From NCBI RefSeq assembly GCF_001194135.2, contig NC_068982.1:77087573-77151572 (forward strand): DNA of 64,000 bases, given 5' to 3'. The notes beneath the pieces were generated by a model. It was not told where the DNA came from and searched no databases. It worked only from the letters and a program-made list of their open reading frames with translations. Made by a program: the position numbers and the translations under genes. The first letter of the stretch is position 1; each line of letters opens with the position of its first letter. Source of the DNA: Octopus bimaculoides (Eukaryota). Of the stretch, positions 52,864-64,000 are shown piece by piece.

Positions 52864-52926
52864 TCTGATTGTCAGACTATTCAAAAAATGGTGTAGGGAG
52901 GTAAAATATATAGTGTTCAATGACAT

Positions 52927-53110
52927 AAAATAATCAGACAAATTAAAATCAGAATTTTAGTGGATTCAAGTGAGGATTAGTCCATTGTCCATTTCAAAAA
53001 TTAATAATTAAATTAAGAGAAATAATCAGACAAATTAAAATCAGAATTTTAGTGGATTCAAGTGAGGATTAGTCCATTATCCATTTCAAAAATTAATAAT
53101 TAAATTAAGA
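52927..53110 (+). repeat. 92-bp tandem duplication
   Basis: taatcagacaaattaaaatcagaatttt... at 52931 and 53023, nearly identical. Confidence 0.9.
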
Positions 53111-53279
53111 TAAAGAATTTGCTGCAGGTCCTACTCAACTTCAATTCAAGATCAAGGCTCAGGTGGTTCTGAAACATCTCATTTTAATTTTTGTATATAC
53201 TCAAGAAGGTTGAGAAAAACCTATGATTACAAAAAGGGATCACATCAGAAAATTTATTAAGGAGTTTTGGCCCAAAACA

Positions 53280-53900
53280 TTTAAGAAACAAGTACGATTC
53301 TCTCAAGTATAACCTACATTTGCTAAAATTAGCATTAAAGTGGAGGCCTTCTTCCTCCACTTCAAATCATGAATATAAGATGCCAGCACGGTAGAATTAG
53401 AGTATTTGGCATTTGAAAATGAGCTCATGTGGACGCTATATCTCCTTTTAAAATCAGTAGTGTTTCTGATATATCCCCTAACCAAATTATTCTCTCCTTT
53501 AACTATACATTTATAGACTATGTTTTTTTCTTAAGCAGACATTAATTTGGGGTTCTGCAATTACAACTAAATTTTGGAGTCCCATCAATCCCTGTATATT
53601 TAATGGGGGCTCCATTTTTTCTCCTGCATGAACATTCCTAAGCACTGAATCTTCAACACCTGAAAGTAGTGAAGAGTGCAATAATCCATCATTGTCCCCT
53701 GGATTATTAACTATACTATTTGTAAGCACATTTGAAACAGGTGCCAAATTTCGCCTTCCATTTATTTTATTTCTATTTGAAGAAGAAATAATGGACCCCA
53801 AGTTTGGTTTTACCAAGTATGAAAATTTGATTAATGATCTATTGCAAAAAGAATATTTGTGGCCTTTCGGGAAATTTTTCTCCAAAATTTTGAAGAACAA
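53280..53900 (-). mobile_element. Penelope-like GIY-YIG region remnant
   Basis: FFKILEKNFPKGHKY...IKFSY...NLGSIISSSN; YI.NTTDFKRRYSVH.SSF...YSNSTVLASYIHDLK. Confidence 0.65.
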
Positions 53901-54468
53901 ACTAAGCAAATATATATATATCATCATCATCATTTAATGTTCGTGTTCTATGCTAGCATGGATGGGACGGTACCACAAGAGCTGGCCAGGCCAAAGCCTG
54001 TACCAGACTTCTGTGACTGTTTTGGCAGGATTTTTACAGCTGAATGCCCTTTCTAACACCAACCACTCAGCAGAGTAGACTTAGTACTTTTTATGTGACA
54101 TAAGCACAGGCGAGGTCAGTTTTGGCAAGGTTTTTACAGGTGGATGCCCCTCCGAACACCAACCCCTTTGCAGTGTGGACTGGGTGCTTTTAAGTGGCAC
54201 CTGCGCTGACAGGGTCACCAAGTACTTGCAAGACAAAAACTTTTAAGAGGGGAGGAGGTGATGATGAAAAAGTTATAGTATGACAGATATAGGTATGTTG
54301 CTGAAGAGAGGAGGTACAAGGTTACCCAGCCAGAGAGAGAACGATTAGGGATGAAGATAGAAACAGGTGTGCTACCACAAAGAAAATATATGGTTGCTCA
54401 GCCTGCGGGAAGTGCAGGAGAAGGAGAGAGTGGGAGATGCAGGATGGAAATGGTGTCACACACACACA

Positions 54469-54710
54469 CACGGGCATATGGTGTAGTGGTTAAGAGCACG
54501 GGCTACTAACCCCAAGATTCCAAGTTCAATTCCAGGCAGTCACCTAAATAATAATAATAACAACAACATCAAAAAATACCTTAGAAATGAGAAACCAGGT
54601 TCGAAATTTCCCTAAGACACCTAATGAAGGGTGGAGGGTATATCAACTGAAACGTTGTAACAAACAAGGTGAGGACAAATATCCATCAATTGTGAATAAT
54701 GTACATAATT
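54469..54710 (+). mobile_element. tRNA-headed short repeat with a hammerhead-like core, copy 1
   Basis: A box tggtgtagtggttaag, B box gttcaattcc, (TAA/CAA)n linker, then gacac-ctaatga-agggtggagggtatatcaact-gaaac-gtt. Confidence 0.7.
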
Positions 54711-55416
54711 CCTCATCTCTTAAATATAGAACTGTATTTCAATTAATGCTCAATAAACATTATATTTACATTAATGTGACATGAGCACAATATCATCAGA
54801 GGAAAAAAGATATACATTTGGATGTTATATGTATGGTTCTGAATTCTGCTAAAATGAAACCAAAATGTTCTGATGAATGTGTAATGTTAGCATGCTTGAA
54901 TGACAAAATACAAATATATTGAGAGAAAAACTGGGCATCAGAGGAATTGGATGTGGTGTGTAAGAAAGAAGATATCATTGGTATGGACGTGTATTGATGA
55001 GGACAGCAGTATAAATAAGTACTGCTCAATGTATAGAGAACTTGCAGAAGAGGAAGGCATGGGAAACATGTGAGATGAAATAATAAAAACTGGTTTCAGG
55101 GCCATCGACCTCATGAAGACAAAGGACCATCTTAGTAAGCAGAACTGCTTGCTTCCCCCAGCTTTTCCTCTGATAGCATTCATCTTTCTTACGATCCTGA
55201 ACCATTTAATTTATCCATCCTTCATTCTTAATACTGTCCTCACTATCCACATTTCACATTGATCACCACCCCCAATGAACCACCTAATTACCTTCCCTCC
55301 TACACTATCATATATCTCTCACTCTCCATACACTACACTTTATTGGCAACAGGAAGAGCATCCACCTGCAAAATCCTGTCTCAGATAACTCCTCATCCAA
55401 AACCATGTAAACAGAG

Positions 55417-55636
55417 AATTAGAACATTATTTACATTCGACGGATATTTGTCATCTTGTTTGTTAATACGTTTCAGCTGATATACCCTCCAGCCTTGGGG
55501 AAATTTTGAACCTGGGTTCTCATTCCTAAGGTATTTTTAAATGTTATTATCATTATTGTTCAGGTCACTGCTTGGAATCAAACTCGGAATCTTGGGGTTA
55601 GTAGCCCGCGCTCTTAACCACAATATTATGCCTGTG
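55417..55636 (-). mobile_element. tRNA-headed short repeat, copy 2, abutting the Penelope 3' end
   Basis: Reverse complement of copy 1. The CTGATGA segment is deleted; aggctg..cagctgaaacgt is retained. Confidence 0.7.
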
Positions 55637-55659
55637 GGTAATTATGGAGCTTATAAATC

Positions 55660-56515
55660 TAATATTTTTCTATCCTTCCTTAATATTGGTTCCCATATGC
55701 TGCTCATATCTGCTTAGGAGGTTGTTGTGTCCTAGCATATGTACTGCTTCTTTTAGTTTTCATATTTTCCAGTGGTGTTCTCGGTCTATTATTTTAACTT
55801 CATCCCACAGGGGAAGGTGGTCTCCATTTTTCCATACATGATCAGCTACACCCAATTTATCAATATCTCCTCATGTCACAGCTTTGCGATGTTTGTCTAT
55901 CCTTATTTTGAGGGGGCGGCATGTTTAGCCTTTGTATAACCTACCACAGCTGCATGGGATGGAGTACACGCAGTCTTTGGTCATATTCTCTTCTATTGGT
56001 GGTTTTACTCAAAGGAGATATTTGCGAAGTGTTGTAACACTCTTGAATACTGTCCTATGGGCCTCATCTTTTTGGACAGGCCTTTCACATAGGGTAGACA
56101 GACTGGACAGTTTATTGGCCTCATCCTCTCTTCTTCCTAATTGGAGTGGATAGTATACTTTTGGGGTAGTTGTTGCTTAACAGATCATTTCTTCATGGTG
56201 TGTATCACAATTACTACTTATATTCTTTGCATGATGTTTTAGGCACTGAGCAATCCCCCTCTTTACACTGTATGGATGGTGGGAATTGAAGTTGAGGTAT
56301 CGTCCAGTAAAGGTTGGCTTATGGTATACAGATGTCCTGAATCCATATTTGGTACATGTTATTAATACGTCCAGGAATGCCAGCTGATTGTCTTTTTCCT
56401 TTTCTATTGTGAACTGCATGGATGGCTTTATTGAGTTCACATGAGCTAACAGCACTTGGACATCTTCCTGGTGAGGCCAGAGTATAAAGGTGTCATCAAC
56501 ATATCAGCCATAGTG
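55660..56515 (-). mobile_element. 5'-truncated Penelope-like element (RT C-terminus plus GIY-YIG)
   Basis: YVDDTFILW; FTIEKEKDNQLAFLDV...TSVYHKPTFTGRYLNFNSHHP; LPYVKGLS; CVYSIPCSCGRLYKG. Confidence 0.9.
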
Positions 56516-59500
56516 TTGGTTTTAGTGGTGTTGATCCTAAAGTCAACAGGGTATAACTGATCATGTATGGAAAAATGGAGACCACCTCCCCCTATGGGAT
56601 GATATGGTATATGTGCAGATCTGTAATCCATGTCATAAAATGGTACCATTAGTATCATCCTCTCTCTGGCTCTCCCTTTCCTGAGATGGTCCTGCCTACT
56701 CTTCAATATTCTCGGCAAAATATAAAGATCCATATAGTCTCCACATCAACACTTTCAAGTTATATGTGTAGCATCTATTATTACAACATCCTGGTTCAAC
56801 ACATATCACAAGAGAGCTGAGAGTGGTATTATTAAACTTACTCAATCATTAATCCCAAAAATCATTCCTATAAGTAAATTTCTTTCTCCACCACAAAATT
56901 CATTCATCATTCTTGCACTTTCACTTCAATTTTTTTTCTATTAGAAAAAAAAAAAATTTGTTTTTATTTTTGAGTTCCAATGACATAACATTTTTTTCCT
57001 TTTAGCTGGTATCACACAGCAGATTTAGGAAGTCCCTTGCAAAAGTCAATTGTTTTTTTCATGTAAATTTACCTCTTTGGGAATAGTGCAATGGTTTTAT
57101 TTTAAGGGTCCACCCTGACACCTAATCACTGCATTTTTATCTCTTCCCCACTCCACCCTTTCTTCTTAAATGTATTTATGTGGCCCTTTTACAGCAAGAA
57201 ATACATTATGTTCTGGCCCTTTCTCTCACGATTCATACATAGTCTTGCAAGCTGCACAATGACCTCACTAGTAAAGGTAGTTTGAAAACGAAAAAGGTAC
57301 CTGGTACACTCTGAAGTGGCTGGCATTCAACTGAAGAAACTATGCCAAAGCAGACACTAGAACGCTATGCAGTCCTTGGACACATATCTTGTCAAACCAT
57401 GCAACCCAATATGGAACAAGGATTTTAAATAATTAAAGGCATTCAGCATTTGTTCTCTCCAGACAAACTATTTGAAGAACATGGTCAGTTAAGTGGTAGA
57501 TGAGCTGACTTTAAGATTCTCTAGTAGAGCTCAAATGTTTGCCAAACTTTGATGGTGCCAGTCAAGGCTCCCAGTTATGAGTCAAATAGCAGGTTTTGTG
57601 CCTAAGGTATACAGGACTCAGGTCTCCCCCACCCATAGACATGTGTCACACAAACTAATCCCCTTGCCAAAGGGTTAAATAGGCTGTGTCTCATGGAAGT
57701 TTGAGAGAGGAGACTAGTAGAGTCAATTAAACTAGTAGAATTCAATGGGGAATCAGTGCTGTATCTTTCCCAAGAAAAATCATGTATCCTCAGACTTTGC
57801 TATGGATGTCCAGGGTTGCTGACCCCAGTGGGCATGTAGGAGTGTATCTTGGACATGAATTAATGGTTTCTTCCCACAAAACAAAATTTTGTAAATCTTT
57901 TAGAAATTATTTCTTTTATAGTGACTTAACAGAGAAAGCCAGTTTTAAAATATCAAGGGGATAGGAAAATCTTCAAATTTCATTGATTGGATGAGTTTTG
58001 ATAGAAGGGTCTTCCATTTCATGTAAATTAATGCAGGTGTGTGCCTTGAGATCCTACACAACTAGTGAATTTACAGTCACCCTATGAGCAAACTTGTCCA
58101 AACCATGCTAGCATGAACATTAAATAATGTGCAATTACTAAATGAGCCTCTAAATGATTGTTCAACTTGCAGGAAAACTACACTGTAGCACATAAAAAAA
58201 GAAGACAGATAATTTAGTCCAAGCTGCACTAAACCTGAAAAAACAAAATGGTCATGGCTGGAATGCCTTTTCTTTTTCATTTAATGAGGAACAAAAGTAC
58301 TGTCCCATGACCATTTAAGGGGCCTTTGAGACTGCAAGATATCAAATTGGGGAAAGGTTTGAAAGCTTGTGACAGAGTAGGCTGCTGAAGTCGCCAAGTG
58401 GTGGTGTTAAACTGAGCAACAAGTCCCTGGGACTAAACAGTACGTGCTGTTTTGTTACAATGATTGAGCTACTTTCTTCGATTGCAAANNNNNNNNNNTT
58501 GGGGAAAGGTTTGAAAGCTTGTGACAGAGTAGGCTGCTGAAGTCGCCAGAAGATGCCAAGTGGTGGTGTTAAACTGAGCAACAAGTCCCTGGGACTAAAT
58601 AGTACGTGCTGTTTTGTTACAATGATTGAGCTACTTTCTTCGATTGCAAATGGAGATGAATGTGTAGGCATCAATGTCATTAAGAAGCTTGCTCTCCAAC
58701 CAGATGGTTTCAGGTTCAGTCCCACTTCACAGCACCTTAGGTGTTTACTATAACTTGAGCCAAGTTGTGTGAGTGGATTTAGGAGGCAAAACCTGAAAGC
58801 CTATCATATGAATATATATAACAAAATATAGGCAGAAAATGGAATATACAAGAAACTTGATTGCTCACAATGATTATTTCAACCAATCCTGCATATTTAT
58901 AGACATAATGAACATTGCGGTACAATGATAATTGTGTAAGTACCATGCATGACATCAGGTAGCAAACATACTTCAACTAACTGCTAGGTACATACCCAAT
59001 AATTATATTAGTGTCCTTTATGGCCATTCCCCCATCTCAAACGTCTGACTTGCAGGTGCCGATGGAGCACCCAGCACACTTCATAAAGTGGTTGGCATTA
59101 GGGAGGTCATACAGCCAGAGAAACCAAGCCAAATCAGACAACTCTCCAACTTGTCAAACCGTCCAACCCATGTCAGCATTGAAAACATGTTAAACGATTT
59201 TTATATATATACACACAATCTGTGTATACCTGTCTTGACATGATTGTAAAGGAGCGTCACAGTTTTATGGCAGATATGGAAACCTGACTGAATACGAAGA
59301 TCCCAAAATCTTCCCATCTATAACACAGAAATTAAGATTCTATAATCATCAGGTCTATTTATAGGAGTGAACTGTAATGAACATTAGTGGTACCTGTCAT
59401 AAGACAGGAACCTTTGGAAGAAAACATTCGCCACCATGGGTAATATCAGAAATTATACTATACATGTACCGCAATGATTGTAATAAACTTGCTTCCCAAC

Positions 59501-61435
59501 TGTAGCCTTGATAGGATTTGGCAGACGGAAACTGTAAGCCGATCGTCTTAACTAGTGTTGGTCTGTCCTGCTTAGTTCAGCAAAAAAGACCTGAGAATAA
59601 GTACCAGGTTAAAAAAAAAAAATGCTGAGTGTCAATTTATTCCATTAAAAATTGAAGGCAATGCTCTGGCATGTCTACAGTCTAATTACCAAAAAACTAT
59701 GCAATATGAGTGTCACTGAGCTGATGTTTGGAACAATTAACATGAAATTCTGATGGAAGCTTTTAATTTAACAACCAATCATAGAACCAGATGGGTTGGT
59801 ATGAAAAGGGACAAGTCATCAGTAATATCACCTGTTTATGAATAATAGACACCAAAGCTAGTTTTAATTAGCAACACTGAATATGTAATAAAAATGAAAA
59901 TTAATTTTAAATTTTTTAACTTTAGCGCATTTTATAAAATTTAGAAAAACAAATGCTGAATCAGCAAATTTACCCCAGGTAGGGAGAACTTGAATATTGT
60001 AACCTTACAGTAGTCATAAGACGATACAGACGCAGGTAGTTTTTCAACCAAATGGTTTTATGTTCAGCCCCACTAGAGGGAATTTTGGGTGCCTTCTACC
60101 AGAGCTCTGGACTAATCCAAGGCCTGAATATACATATATATATATACACACGCACACACAGGTGAAGAATGGTAACAGTAAAAGGCATCTACCTTGCAAA
60201 CATGGATATGTGGACGTTAAAACAACGACTAGTGGCTTATATAGGTAACAGTAAAAATATGGACAACAGCATGATCTAGTTTTTAATTGGAAGGTAACTT
60301 TAGATGATACAAAGAAAATTAAAAATACTGCAGTATCTCACCTGATATAATTTGTATTTTCCGTATTCTTCTACTGGTTTCAGCCAGAGGCTGGAGCAAC
60401 ACCAACAGTGAGAAAAATGACTCCATTGAAAATGTTATGACTAACCAAAGTAGCAGCTGTTAAAAACCTAGGAATTTCATTTGATTTGATCTAGCCATTG
60501 AACTGAGGACAAGCTGGAGAACACTACCAGTTTAGTTGAACAAACAGACCATAGTATTTTGAGTCTGGTACTCATCACACTTTCTGAACTGCCAGCGATT
60601 GTCGAGATGTTAAGGGATTAACAGCTTCCTCATTCCATTTACTAAATTTGCTAACAAGGTATTGGTCAGCCTGGAGGTACAGTAAAAGACATTTGGCCAA
60701 AGAATCACACAGCAGTACTGAACTAGATATCACGCGATTACAAAATAATACTTTTTAACTAGTTCTGACTAGTTAAAAAGTATTAGTTTGGTCAAGTTAG
60801 AAAGAAAATTGCAATTTGATTTCGAGGAATGGAATATAGAAATTTCAGGTATGTTGTCTTGTAGATAGAGTTGTATTGAATTATTAAGTAATTAGTACCT
60901 TGGAGGCAAAAAATAAAAATTGATATCAGGCATTTGAAGCACTGTAAAAATACACTTGCTGAGTGATTTCTGAAAATATTATTACTAATAAATTACATAC
61001 TTTCCTTACTTATGAAATAAATCCACAAAGTTTTAAAATGTATGCATTATCTACCCTTAATTGGCCAATTTACTTAACAGTTACGATACAATTTACAAAC
61101 ATTTTCAAGTATACAACAATCAGGCTATAAATATGTATATAAACCCTTACCATTGAATGTATACGCAAAAATATTTTAGTTATAAATAAACCAAACTGTA
61201 AAATTACCAAGCAGACATCACAGGACAACCCGTTGAAATGAGAATCTAGCATCTACGAAAACAGGTGCGTGTGTGTGTGCGTGCATATATATATATTATA
61301 CATACATAAATGTAAACTTCAGCAACATACACCACCAAAACAGAAGACAATGGCGAAAGGGAATTAACCGAAGATTATTTCATTTTAACTTGCAAGGAGG
61401 AAAAAAAGCCAAACAAAATCGTGTGAATGATAAAA

Positions 61436-61441
61436 TTTATT
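61436..61441 (-). terminator. Candidate H2A.Z polyadenylation signal (AATAAA)
   Basis: TTTATT on + about 400 nt past the stop; position only. Confidence 0.45.
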
Positions 61442-61836
61442 TGTGTAATGAAGACGCATGATAAATCTTATTTACTCCATCCATTAGAAGATGAGTGGAG
61501 GTGATCAATACAGTGTCTTATAAAAACACCAGATTGATTGGTTTGGAAGTTTCAAAATTGTTGTATAGTGATATACAAATAGTGAAGAGAATGGAAATAA
61601 AAAATACAAGAGAAAATGGGAAGTTAATAAAATCTCTCGGACTTATGACAATATAGCTACATATGACAACTATGTTCTCGTATTGGGAAGGGGTGGGGCT
61701 GGTGGCGGCAGGGACAGGTTTTCCCGGTTATTTTGATAATTTTTTTTGTGTTTTTGAGAGCAGAGGGAAGGGTGTTAAAATTTAATGATTTTAAGGACTA
61801 GCAACCACACCAAATATACAACAAACACTCCATGGT

Positions 61837-61898
61837 TTATGTAGCCTTTTGTGATCCTTTCTTGCCGATAAGAGATTTGTGGATGTGAGGAATGACAC
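61837..61898 (-). CDS. H2AZ: Histone H2A.Z (H2A.V), last coding exon (62 nt)
   Basis: tttttccag|GT GTC ATT CCT CAC ATC CAC AAA TCT CTT ATC GGC AAG AAA GGA TCA CAA AAG GCT ACA TAA = GVIPHIHKSLIGKKGSQKAT*. Not in the ORF track. Upstream exons were not found in the window. Confidence 0.97.
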
Positions 61899-62205
61899 CT
61901 GGAAAAACATGAAAAATAACTTCAGTAAGAATCAAATAAAAAATCCTAGACTACTTAAGTACTAAAAGCTAATTTTGGAGTCCCTTAAACCATTTTAATT
62001 CTTTAACAATTTGCCCAACTTTTATTAACAGGAAAAATCCCTAATTCCTAAAAATTTAAAACGCAGTTTTGCTGGGAAATAACAAAAAACAAAAAAACAA
62101 AAACCCAAACAAATTCAGCAATATAAAATGCTAATGCATTATTTTACTTAGCCCAATCAAGGTAGAAAAGCTTAAAGTAGATGAGGAAAAGAAAAAAGTA
62201 CTGAC

Positions 62206-62335
62206 CACCACCAGCAATTGTTGCCTTGATTAGAGAATCCAATTCTTCATCACCTCGGATTGCTAACTGTAAATGACGGGGAGTGATACGTTTCACCTTC
62301 AAGTCTTTACTGGCATTACCAGCCAACTCTAGCAC
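62206..62335 (-). CDS. H2AZ: Histone H2A.Z (H2A.V), penultimate coding exon (130 nt)
   Basis: ttcag|GTG CTA GAG ... GCT GGT GGT G|gtcagt. [43 protein letters not shown] is diagnostic for H2A.Z. Confidence 0.98.
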
Positions 62336-64000
62336 CTGAAATATTAAAAATCAAGTCAATACGTTTAAGAACGTTAATGATTAAACAGATCCTCAAATCT
62401 TGTTCAGGGGGAAAATAAACTGGTCGTGATCAGATTGCTCAAAGTATAAACAGGCTATCTCCCATAAAATAAGTTATCCTAATTGGTAAAAACAACTAAA
62501 TTTATTACGTTTTTGGTTTGCAAGATTCTTTATGCGAGTTCGTGTGTTAAAGCACATTCTGTTGTCTGGAGAGAGTCATTCTCTGTTGGTGCCTTATAAT
62601 TTAACACACTCATCGGTAAAATTTCAACCTATTTTTGTTTTTTTTCCCTAGAATTTTCGTTGCATCTTGCAACCCTTTTCAAGAGTCCAAACTATTGATA
62701 GGGTTGCAAAAGGCAAAATTCTTTAGAATATTTTTGAGTGTGTAAGGTACCAACCAAACGAGTATGACTCCCCAGACATAACTAAATTTACTATTACTTT
62801 TAATATAAAAACAAAAACCCGGTTGAAATGAGTTTCAAAAAGGGAAAAAGACTATGGTCACATCTAAGATACTGACCTGGAATGAAGCAACTTCGAAAAT
62901 TTTTTAAAATGTATATTTACAGGTAAAACGTCAGTTTAATAACTAATAAATCCTGACAAGAGCTAATTGTGTAAATGAAAACATGACGGGTCTAGTAGTT
63001 ATGGACGATAAACAGCCTCACCGTTATTTCAAATCTTGAACCGGCGAGGTATCATTGGCTGAGGAGGCCGTGTGAATGTATTCAGCTGTATGTGTGCTGT
63101 GTATAGAGCAGCTACACACAATTAGGCGTAGGGGTATAAAAGAACCAGTCCATCAAGTACCCCTCCCGGCTTTATAAACATTACCACCTCTACCACCACC
63201 TCTAGTAAGAGCAGCAGTAAGCTCGAATCATTGACAAAAAGACATTTCAAAATTTCTCCCCAGACCCGCTTAATTACTCAAAGCAAACATTTTAAAAATA
63301 AAGACACATTAAAGTAAAAAAAAAATCATTAAAACATACACGAAAGGTAAGCTTAACTAAAAAAACCAACAATGATGACCTAATTTTACCCCTTCCTCCT
63401 CAATTATTGAGGTTTTCCTAACTTTTTAAAAATTTTAGTAGGGACTGAAAAATAGTTTTTTTTAGTCAACAATCACTGCCAAAAGTTATCAAGTCTTTCA
63501 CTAAGACCAGAAGGTCTTGAATAAAATCGAAATTCTATTTAATTAGAACCTAAACANNNNNNNNNNTTAGAACCTAAACAAGAACAGAGACTTTTTTTTT
63601 TAGGCGGGATACGAGGGCTTTGTGAAGAACTAGAGAGAAAATATATATCAAAACAAGACCGCCAAGCCTAGATATATATCTATGGCCAATAACTGCAACT
63701 AGAACGGTTTTATAGATTTAAATTCAAACATTACCGGAGTTATAAAACAATTAGGAACTGTAATTGTCCAGAGAAAATACAAAGAGCCCGACAACTTTCA
63801 GACTTTTTGTCTTGGACATATTGGCGGGAATTAAACAAATCAAATTTGGTAACAAAAAAAGATATTTCCAAAAAAATAGGCAACTTTCAACAACACTGAA
63901 CAATAGATTATAGCTTATAAAAACATCGACATTTTATTATATCAATGTAAAAATGTACGTAAAGTGCAGGCTAAGCAGGCCATCAGCTAATTTAATAAAC

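Noticed and set aside
53140-53190. Possible hammerhead near the second Penelope remnant
   Set aside because: GAAAC is present but there is no CTGANGA core, and it is on the opposite strand to the element.
54469-54545. Possible tRNA gene
   Set aside because: The acceptor and T stems do not pair, there is no terminator, and it is embedded in a repeated unit. Treated as a SINE-type head.
58345-58650. Near-identical direct repeats on both sides of N-gaps (also 19190-19520, 28760-29015, 33830-33920, 63546-63580)
   Set aside because: Each pair flanks a scaffold gap and is most simply an unmerged contig overlap, not biology.
62340-64000. H2A.Z exon 3 (FPVGRIHRHLK...)
   Set aside because: Looked for on the minus strand and not found; it is presumably beyond the window.

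Overview
AT-rich, microsatellite- and retroposon-dense eukaryotic scaffold with N-gaps. The repeat repertoire looks like Octopus (coleoid cephalopod); this is inferred from remembered repeat motifs, not from a search. Two recognisable genes converge from the window edges: the last two coding exons of MOB1 (+, 3576-3803 and 5797-6038) and the last two coding exons of histone H2A.Z/H2A.V (-, 62206-62335 and 61837-61898). The ~55 kb between them is mostly transposon debris: RTE, other RT LINE, R4/Dong-type RLE, Penelope-like, Tx1-like ORF1-only, mariner/Tc1, a RAG1/Transib/Chapaev-type transposase, SINEs and MITEs. The main finding is a multi-exon minus-strand gene that the ORF track does not show. 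About 15 GT-AG exons lie between 7332 and 18152, with further candidates up to ~40.6 kb. They join in phase into one ~620-codon frame that is strongly stop-depleted, yet it carries 15 in-frame stops and almost no sign of frameshifts. It is either an unusually frame-preserved unprocessed pseudogene or a gene that needs stop-codon recoding (for example A-to-I editing to Trp); I could not assign the protein to a family. Several short repeats carry hammerhead-ribozyme-like cores of Penelope type, one of them fused to a tRNA-derived head. No prokaryotic features, CRISPR arrays, rRNA or intact tRNA genes were seen. All coordinates were counted by hand; repeat boundaries are approximate.
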